IMG/VR virus record: IMGVR_UViG_3300032233_000671
Location: 1-37,321 of that record
Reading direction: 5' to 3' (one strand)
DNA: 37,321 bases
From: a virus
Taxonomy: Duplodnaviria > Caudoviricetes
The translations under genes were made by a program, and so were the position numbers. Below are positions 9,453 through 15,624 of this stretch, piece after piece. Under the pieces are notes generated by a model, which did no database searches, was not told the origin of the DNA, and was given only the letters and a program-made list of their open reading frames with translations. The number at the start of each line of letters is the position of its first letter. Position 1 is the stretch's first letter.

Positions 9453-9592
9453 TACTTTTTGCCTTTTGCTGGTGCTGCGCGTTTAACAGCGTATGCTATT
9501 GCTACCGCCTGTTTAACCGGTTTGCCAGATTTTACCTCAGCCTTGACATTTTCACGAAATGCTTTTTCAGATTTTGACTTAACTAGTGGCAT
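9452..9592 (-). CDS. Small basic protein (46 aa)
   Basis: Translated by hand: MPLVKSKSEKAFRENVKAEVKSGKPVKQAVAIAYAVKRAAPAKGKK; TAATG coupling at both ends. Confidence 0.8.
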   Translation of the reverse strand: MPLVKSKSEKAFRENVKAEVKSGKPVKQAVAIAYAVKRAAPAKGKK

Positions 9593-9741
9593 TATTTACC
9601 TTTCTTAGCTGTCTTAGCTGATTCCTTAAAATCTTTTTTCGTCGGCGCGCCTGGTGTGCCTGGCTTTCTCATCTTTTCGCCAGACCCCGCCTTAATACGT
9701 TCGCGTTTAGCATGGATATTATCGTAGAGGCCGTTTTTCAT
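9592..9741 (-). CDS. Small basic protein (49 aa)
   Basis: Translated by hand: MKNGLYDNIHAKRERIKAGSGEKMRKPGTPGAPTKKDFKESAKTAKKGK; TAATG coupling. Confidence 0.8.
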   Translation of the reverse strand: MKNGLYDNIHAKRERIKAGSGEKMRKPGTPGAPTKKDFKESAKTAKKGK

Positions 9742-10004
9742 TAGCATTTCCACCTTTTCAAAGATGCCTTGGCGCGCTCAGCGTCGCCTTTAGCGTTTTT
9801 AACAACACCCTCCATACGGGCGCAAAATGATTTCTTTCTGCCTTCGTCTGCTTTAGTCTTAGGGCTTGGCGCAGGTGCTTTTAAGTTAGAACCTGTTGCA
9901 GCGTTATATTTCTCACGTCCTTTGGCGGTTAGCCCCGCACCTTTGGACGCAGGTAGTTTTTCTCCTCTACCTACACTTAACGACACACTTTTTTTTGTCG
10001 CCAT
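9741..10004 (-). CDS. Small basic protein (DUF6321-like)
   Basis: GAGLTAKGREKYN..GSNLKAP..RKKSFCARM..SLKRWKC. Confidence 0.75.
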   Translation of the reverse strand: MATKKSVSLSVGRGEKLPASKGAGLTAKGREKYNAATGSNLKAPAPSPKTKADEGRKKSFCARMEGVVKNAKGDAERAKASLKRWKC

Positions 10005-10005
10005 C

Positions 10006-11544
10006 TTAATTCCCCATCCAGCCAGTTGAGGCTGCTTGTTGTTGATATGCGCGAGTTGGATTACGTGTCCCTCTGTCGTAACTAGATTCTCTATGTGCTA
10101 CAGGAAACGCAAACGTTACCGCTAATGCATCCGCTGCGTCCGGTGAAGCTAGACCGCGTGACTTCATTTCCTTCTTGCCTTCTAAGTAAATTGTGCCTGA
10201 CGAGTCCGGCTTTTTCATCGGTCCAGTCAAGTCAGCTTTTAGCTGTCGATCGTTCGGTATACTGGCAGTCTTCAACCAATCCCGCATGGCGCCCCACATC
10301 TCTGCGCGCTTGTTGCCCCACATGACAGGCTTGCTTGATTTCCAACCAAAGTTAACCCCACGCACTTTGTATCGCTGTTCTTTTAATCTGTCAAGTATCC
10401 CGTAGCCTAGACCACCTTCGTCAATCACTGTTAGTGCTGGCCGGTACTCTTCAATCGCATCAATTACCCGCCCGACCGTTGTCATTGTGTCTTCACCGTG
10501 GAAGCGTTTGATCGCCACCAAGTCACGACCTTGTCTGACGACTATTACCGTTGAGTCCGCGCCGCCTCGAGCTGGGTCAACGCCGAGAATAATTGGCGCC
10601 GTCGCATCCTTGTATTTCTCCCGACCACCGGCGTCGTCGACAAGACGTGCACCAATAAACTGATCTTCGCCAGCCGTTGGGAATTCACCGTAGACCTCAA
10701 CCCTAGCCTGTGGCGAATCCTCGCCATATTCCGCAATGATCTGCTCATATATCTGTTTGTCCGTGTCTTCTACTGTGCGTGAGTCAATATTCCTATTATT
10801 CCAAAAGTTACGCTTGGCGTGGAAACACTCATAGAAGTAACCTTGGTTTCGCCGCGGGTTGGAAAACGCAAACCAATATCTATCTAAAATCGGCTCGGTA
10901 AAAAAGCCCGCACCAACCGACCAAATAGAATCTGGAATACCCGACGCCTCATCAAATATCAACATCATCCCGTCGTGGTTATGTACACCCGCGTAACTAT
11001 CTGGGTTTTCTTCCGACCAAAGTTTGCCTTCCGCTGCCCAGTAACGCGTACCCTTCTTTAAGTCCCGCTCAACCAACTCTGTGATCCACTTGGCTGGCAC
11101 CAGCTTTGTCGCTGAGATTTCCCACCAGTGGTTATTAATAATCATCGCTTGCCATTTAGTCAACTCACCCCAAGTCACTGACCGGAGCTGCGCTTCACTG
11201 TTGGCGGACACAATCACTGACGACCCGATGCGGGTCGATAACATCCACAGAATTAGCCAGCTAACTAATGCCGACTTACCAATACCACGACCAGACGCAA
11301 TCGCTAGTCGCAGTGCATCCATGTCTAACTTACCTTTGTTTTCTTTTAAGTGGTTGGCAATTGAGCGCAGCGTCTGCCGCTGCCAAGTGCGAGGGCCTTT
11401 GAAGTGTGCCAGTGGCGTGTTGGGCTTACCCCAAGGAAAAGCAAACAACACAAACGCTTCTGGATCATCCGCAACTTGCGGCGCCCAGAGTTGCGCCATT
11501 AGTAGTTGCTCACCTTCTGAATCATATATCGGCAGTTGTGCCAT
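10006..11544 (-). CDS. terL: Terminase large subunit
   Basis: Walker A ASGRGIGKS, Walker B LIFDEASG, coupling motif FSNP, nuclease motifs GVDPARGGAD and SPDAADA. Confidence 0.95.
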   Translation of the reverse strand: MAQLPIYDSEGEQLLMAQLWAPQVADDPEAFVLFAFPWGKPNTPLAHFKGPRTWQRQTLRSIANHLKENKGKLDMDALRLAIASGRGIGKSALVSWLILWMLSTRIGSSVIVSANSEAQLRSVTWGELTKWQAMIINNHWWEISATKLVPAKWITELVERDLKKGTRYWAAEGKLWSEENPDSYAGVHNHDGMMLIFDEASGIPDSIWSVGAGFFTEPILDRYWFAFSNPRRNQGYFYECFHAKRNFWNNRNIDSRTVEDTDKQIYEQIIAEYGEDSPQARVEVYGEFPTAGEDQFIGARLVDDAGGREKYKDATAPIILGVDPARGGADSTVIVVRQGRDLVAIKRFHGEDTMTTVGRVIDAIEEYRPALTVIDEGGLGYGILDRLKEQRYKVRGVNFGWKSSKPVMWGNKRAEMWGAMRDWLKTASIPNDRQLKADLTGPMKKPDSSGTIYLEGKKEMKSRGLASPDAADALAVTFAFPVAHRESSYDRGTRNPTRAYQQQAASTGWMGN

Positions 11545-11971
11545 GCTTTACTTTGGTTGGTAGTAATGTAGGTGACTGCTCAGTAATCAGCCCGTCAATG
11601 ACGCGCTCTTTCGCTTCTTGCAACGCCTGTGTAATGCTGATCTTCTGATATACGTCGATACTGATTTCCTGCTTGGCCGTCCAGCCGTGAGCGTGTTGCA
11701 ATATTGCTAACGCTGCCTTGGCGTCGCCGTTACGGGCGGCATCGCGCAAGAACGCAGACGCTTCGCGTTCGCTGTCAGCGCGCCCTTTTAATTCTGCCAT
11801 CTCGGCAACTGGGTCGAGCTGACACAACTGCCGATACTCTTGTGGCAGCATGCCTGCGGCTAACGCCAATGAGTCGCCCTTTAATCCTAAAGCAGCAGCA
11901 TCGTAGATCGCCTGAAGCCTAGCTTCGGTCGCCTCCACTTTGCGCGCTGTGAATGGTAAAGATTTAAACAT
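11522..11971 (-). CDS. terS: Terminase small subunit (probable start MFKSL at 11971)
   Basis: Immediately upstream of and overlapping terL; helical/HTH-like; first gene of the late block. Confidence 0.65.
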   Translation of the reverse strand: MFKSLPFTARKVEATEARLQAIYDAAALGLKGDSLALAAGMLPQEYRQLCQLDPVAEMAELKGRADSEREASAFLRDAARNGDAKAALAILQHAHGWTAKQEISIDVYQKISITQALQEAKERVIDGLITEQSPTLLPTKVKHGTTADI

Positions 11972-11990
11972 AGTTGGAGTATATAACATG
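11972..11990 (-). promoter_or_regulatory. Putative late promoter -10 giving a leaderless terS mRNA
   Basis: TATACT (11983-11978), 6 nt before the ATG; no SD. Confidence 0.45.
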
Positions 11991-12090
11991 TTTTAAAAAA
12001 TAAAAAAAATTCTGCGTGACACCTCCGTAGCTGTGACCGGACGGCGCCGGTCCCCCACCCCCACCCTCGAGCTAGTTGCCAAAAAAGCAA

Positions 12091-12144
12091 GTTAGTAAGT
12101 ACTCACTTATTTTTGCTAGGTTAGTGAGTACTCACTTATTTTTG
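12091..12144. repeat. Two tandem 25-bp repeats with palindromic core (operator-like)
   Basis: GTTAGT(A/G)AGTACTCACTTATTTTTG at 12091 and 12120, one mismatch; core GTGAGTACTCAC. Confidence 0.85.
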
Positions 12145-12158
12145 TTGCCGATTTGATA

Positions 12159-12495
12159 TGAGGGCAAGTGTAGGCAATGTTTTTCAAGTCGCAAGTCGCA
12201 TGCTTACAAGTGTTTACGCGGGGCAATACTTTGCCTATTTTTTAGGCATGTTATCAAAATAGTATGAGGGCAATGAGGGCAATTTAGAATGCCGTTTTAA
12301 ATCGGTGCGGTTACATGCGTCGCGCCTAATTGCAGAGCTTATTAGCATATATATAACACTTTTGAAGATTTTTCAGCTTCCAAAATAAACTACCTACAAT
12401 TACCCGCAAATAGCCAAAAGCCCCGCTGCGCCTATGTTATAGCGCGGGCAATCCGCGTTTTTAAATTACCCGCACACTACCCGCAATTACCCGCA
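12159..12495. repeat. Putative replication origin: opposed 9-bp iteron-like arrays around an AT-rich core
   Basis: TGAGGGCAA/TGTAGGCAA at 12159, 12169, 12265, 12274; inverted YTACCYRCA at 12390, 12400, 12466, 12477, 12487. Confidence 0.6.
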
Positions 12496-12597
12496 AATAA
12501 TACTTGAGCAATTTACTAAACTACTTACAATAATCTTTTAGATTTTTGCTAGTATTCATTTGCAGTATTGATTAACGGAAATAAAAAGGGAGAAAAT

Positions 12598-12816
12598 ATG
12601 AATAAGTCAGACTATAAAAAGGCAAGGCGCTTGTTGCGTGATAACGGTCGTTATGCGTTGCGCTGGCTTGATGCACCAGTGCGTGAAGAGTTCGATCACT
12701 TGCTTTTTAATATTCAGGACAGTACCGATTACTTAGCAGAACGCGCTGATGTCGTGAAATATTGCAAGCGCGAAAAACTTGCATATAACTTTAGAAATTT
12801 AGCGCTTTTTAAATAA
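12598..12816 (+). CDS. Early hypothetical protein (72 aa)
   Basis: GGGAG SD before the ATG at 12598; first gene of the plus-strand block. Confidence 0.75.
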   Translation: MNKSDYKKARRLLRDNGRYALRWLDAPVREEFDHLLFNIQDSTDYLAERADVVKYCKREKLAYNFRNLALFK

Positions 12817-12827
12817 GGGAAAAAAAC

Positions 12828-12902
12828 ATGCGGGAAATAATCGGCGGTTTAGTAGTAGCAGCGGTTTTTTATGTGTTTTTGGTAGTGCTATTTTTATTTT
12901 AA
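12828..12902 (+). CDS. 24-aa single-pass membrane peptide
   Basis: MREIIGGLVVAAVFYVFLVVLFLF; AAGGG SD; exactly fills the gap between neighbours. Confidence 0.6.
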   Translation: MREIIGGLVVAAVFYVFLVVLFLF

Positions 12903-12914
12903 CGGGAGCAAAAA

Positions 12915-13667
12915 ATGAGAAATCCATTTAAATTACAGTTAAAAAATGAGGGTTTACAGTACCGGCCGATCTTAGGTGAATCAAGCGCGAAAACGATCAA
13001 GGGCGAAAAGATCGGGTATTTAACCGCTATCTGCTATTTGGTGCCGGATGAGAAATTGTGCCCTTTCGCGATAATGGCCGGATGTTTTGAGGGTTGTTTA
13101 AATACCGCCGGCCGCGGCGCATTCAATAGCACGCAAAAAGCGCGCAAAAAGAAAACCGAATTTTTTTACAATAATCAACGCGCATTTATGTTATCGATGT
13201 GCGCCGATATCTGGGCGCATGCGCGCCGCGCCGCAAATCTCGGGTTAATCCCGCTTGTAAGGCCAAATGGCACAAGTGATATTCCATTTGAAAATATTTT
13301 AATTGACGGCAAAACGATTTTCCAGATGTTTCCAGATGTTCAATTCTACGATTACACAAAACACCCAAGCCGAAAATTAGAAAATAAGACATCTGGAAAC
13401 TATGATCTTACTTTCTCATTTTCCGCGTTAACTCCAAAGGCCGTATCAATCAAAGGCCTAGTTAATCCGGCCAATAAACGTACGGCCGTTGTTTTTTATA
13501 AGCGCGAAGAAATACCGGCAAGCTTTCGCGGGTGGCCGGTCGTCGACGGCGACGACACCGACGTTCGACATATTGAGCCGGCCGGTGTCGTCGTCGCATT
13601 GTATGCCAAGGGAAAAGCCAAGCGCGATACCGGCGGTTTTGTACAGCGCTTAGGCCGCGATTATTAA
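12915..13667 (+). CDS. Gp88-like (radical-SAM-like) protein
   Basis: Cx7Cx3C (CPFAIMAGCFEGC), GRG, VRPNGTSDI, FYDYTK, GDDTDVR, AKGKAK motifs. Confidence 0.7.
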   Translation: MRNPFKLQLKNEGLQYRPILGESSAKTIKGEKIGYLTAICYLVPDEKLCPFAIMAGCFEGCLNTAGRGAFNSTQKARKKKTEFFYNNQRAFMLSMCADIWAHARRAANLGLIPLVRPNGTSDIPFENILIDGKTIFQMFPDVQFYDYTKHPSRKLENKTSGNYDLTFSFSALTPKAVSIKGLVNPANKRTAVVFYKREEIPASFRGWPVVDGDDTDVRHIEPAGVVVALYAKGKAKRDTGGFVQRLGRDY

Positions 13668-13684
13668 TTTAACGGGGGAAAACA

Positions 13685-13858
13685 ATGATTATTTTAAATT
13701 GGATTTTTAATAATGAGCATGCATGGGCAAAAAATTTTGATAACGTAAATGACGCGATTAATTACGTAGAGCATTGTGACATGTACTCTTATTACGGGAT
13801 TAATAGAGTATGGATTGATACAAATAACGAGCAAATTTGGTTAAAAGAAAAAGCATAA
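13685..13858 (+). CDS. Early hypothetical protein (57 aa)
   Basis: MIILNWIFNNEHAWAKNF...WLKEKA; GGGGG SD. Confidence 0.7.
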   Translation: MIILNWIFNNEHAWAKNFDNVNDAINYVEHCDMYSYYGINRVWIDTNNEQIWLKEKA

Positions 13859-13873
13859 CGGGAGGAAAACATA

Positions 13874-14107
13874 ATGAAAAGTAAATTCAATATTGGCGAC
13901 GTCGTCGCATTCGCGCCGGCCGTCGTCGCACGCACCGGCCACAATAAATTTGACGGCGACGCGCGCGGCCGCGTGCTATCCGTCGACGGTGCTGTTGTAT
14001 CTGTCGATTTTTTAGGCACTTGGATAGCGCACGAAAACGGCGGGACGGTTCGACATGTACCCGCGGCCAATTTAATAAAAGTAATAAATGGAATTCCAAT
14101 TCAATAA
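13874..14107 (+). CDS. Small SH3/KOW-like beta-barrel protein
   Basis: FNIGDVV..GRVLSVDG..VSVDF..VPAANL pattern; GGAGG SD. Confidence 0.65.
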   Translation: MKSKFNIGDVVAFAPAVVARTGHNKFDGDARGRVLSVDGAVVSVDFLGTWIAHENGGTVRHVPAANLIKVINGIPIQ

Positions 14108-14119
14108 CGGGAGGAAATA

Positions 14120-14296
14120 ATGAAAGTAAAAAACTTAATTGATTTATTAAAAGATTTACCGCCAGATTTGCCGGTTTATATCTGGATTGACGGCGAACGT
14201 TTTTCGATAGTAGATATTGATGATTCATTGATAGAGGATGGACACGTTGATATTAACGCAGCACCTAGAAAAAGATTGGGGGAAAATAATGGATAA
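14120..14296 (+). CDS. Early hypothetical protein (58 aa)
   Basis: MKVKNLIDLLKDLPPDLPVYIWIDGE..; GGAGG SD. Confidence 0.75.
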   Translation: MKVKNLIDLLKDLPPDLPVYIWIDGERFSIVDIDDSLIEDGHVDINAAPRKRLGENNG

Positions 14297-14495
14297 ACAA
14301 GAGCAAACCGCATTCATTCAGGCCTATTTGCACAATGTAGGGGACGCGCCGAGTGATTACGTCGCCGATTTTGTGGCGCGTTATGAATCAGGTGAGGATA
14401 TGCCATATTGTGAGCACTACACGTCAATTGTCGACGCGCTTGGGGTTTGGCACTACGCGATCAGATATCAATTAGAAAGGGCAAAAAATGGCTAG
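14289..14495 (+). CDS. Early hypothetical protein (68 aa, start MDKQE)
   Basis: GGGGG SD and 8-nt overlap with the previous gene favour this start over 14238. Confidence 0.7.
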   Translation: MDKQEQTAFIQAYLHNVGDAPSDYVADFVARYESGEDMPYCEHYTSIVDALGVWHYAIRYQLERAKNG

Positions 14496-14673
14496 ATTTA
14501 AAATATACGCGAGCTATAGAGTCAATTTAGAGCTAGATATCGACGCGGAAAATATCGACGACGCTTGGCAAATAGCTTGGGACGCGGACGGCGCCGATTT
14601 TAAGCGCTTGCCTGATTCTGATTCTGATTGGGAAATTAACGATATAGCAGAGGTGACAAATGGAAAGATTTAA
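14488..14673 (+). CDS. Acidic small protein (DpnD/PcfM-like pattern)
   Basis: FKI......ELDIDAENIDDAWQIA pattern. Confidence 0.65.
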   Translation: MARFKIYASYRVNLELDIDAENIDDAWQIAWDADGADFKRLPDSDSDWEINDIAEVTNGKI

Positions 14674-14833
14674 AGCTTACGCGCATGGCGCGCTTGACGG
14701 GTTTAATTCTGGCGAATATAGCAACCCTTACGGCCAAGAAAAGCCAGAGCAACAGTTAGCCTATAAACAAGGGTATGACTACGGTATTTTTTTATATACC
14801 CAAGAAAACGAGGTAATTAATAATGAAAACTAA
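14660..14833 (+). CDS. 57-aa protein with Rmf/CrpP-like pattern
   Basis: MERFKAYAHGALDGFNSGEYSNPYGQEKPEQQLAYKQGYDYG..; GAGG SD. Confidence 0.6.
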   Translation: MERFKAYAHGALDGFNSGEYSNPYGQEKPEQQLAYKQGYDYGIFLYTQENEVINNEN

Positions 14834-15014
14834 CAGCGAATTACTAGAGCGCGCATATGGTATCGCGGAAAGCTTTTTCTATAGCGACGATGAATGCGAG
14901 GTTCCTTGGGAACCATTCGAGGATTACGACAAGGAAGAAATTCAAGAGCAATTGCACGATCTGGCGCAAACAATCCTATTAGCTATGCAATGGAGTCAAG
15001 ACAATGAAAACTAA
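14823..15014 (+). CDS. Highly acidic small protein
   Basis: 63 aa; GAGG SD; about 17 D/E versus 3 K/R. Confidence 0.7.
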   Translation: MKTNSELLERAYGIAESFFYSDDECEVPWEPFEDYDKEEIQEQLHDLAQTILLAMQWSQDNEN

Positions 15015-15303
15015 TCAATTATTTATTGACACAAGTACCCGCACGCTCGAAGAGCTGGAGCGCGCCGCATATATGGCCGGCGACATACAAGCGGCCGAGC
15101 TATACGGCAATATGCTAGACGCGCCAGTCGCCGATCGTATCAAGGAACTAACCGACGATTTAAAAGACGCAGACCAATGCATTGAAGACTTGCGCCAAGA
15201 ATTAGACGAAATAAAGCGCGTGATTTATCAGTTTGCAAATCTTGACCCTAAAAATCACATTGAAATTTTACGCGCGATTCAGCGTGCAGGGAGTCTAATA
15301 TGA
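15004..15303 (+). CDS. Coiled-coil hypothetical protein
   Basis: 99 aa; GGAG SD; heptad pattern. Confidence 0.7.
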   Translation: MKTNQLFIDTSTRTLEELERAAYMAGDIQAAELYGNMLDAPVADRIKELTDDLKDADQCIEDLRQELDEIKRVIYQFANLDPKNHIEILRAIQRAGSLI

Positions 15304-15530
15304 ACGCGCCAGAGGCCTTATGGTGGCCACAAAACCTAGAATTTTACACATATCTCGATAAGCTCGACTGTTATTTGGACTATGAAGAGCCTGATTTAGA
15401 CTGCAATTATCATGGCGCCGCGCACCTAGTGCACGCATTCGCGGGCGGGGTTGATGTAGTCGATTTTCTATCGGATAGCGTTATTGAAGCTATAGAGAGG
15501 GAAGCATGTTTGCACTTCTCGGAGTTTTAA
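15300..15530 (+). CDS. Highly acidic small protein
   Basis: 76 aa; GGGAG SD; ATGA overlap; about 16 D/E versus 2 K/R. Confidence 0.7.
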   Translation: MNAPEALWWPQNLEFYTYLDKLDCYLDYEEPDLDCNYHGAAHLVHAFAGGVDVVDFLSDSVIEAIEREACLHFSEF

Positions 15531-15565
15531 TCGCTGCATTGATCGCAATTCTGCTAGAATTGTAA
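15506..15565 (+). CDS. 19-aa hydrophobic peptide
   Basis: MFALLGVLIAALIAILLEL; GAGGG SD; last ORF before the terminator. Confidence 0.45.
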   Translation: MFALLGVLIAALIAILLEL

Positions 15566-15598
15566 TCACTCCCGCCCGTATGCATTACGGGTATTTTG

Positions 15599-15622
15599 CC
15601 CCGCCCTTAGAGCGGGGTTTTT
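15599..15622 (+). terminator. Terminator between the convergent early and replication blocks
   Basis: CCCCGC-7-GCGGGG-TTTTT; a second hairpin CCCGTA-5-TACGGG lies at 15575-15591. Confidence 0.7.
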
Positions 15623-15624
15623 CT

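Noticed and set aside
12091-12144. Mini CRISPR array
   Set aside because: Only two repeats separated by 4 bp; no spacer-length sequence.
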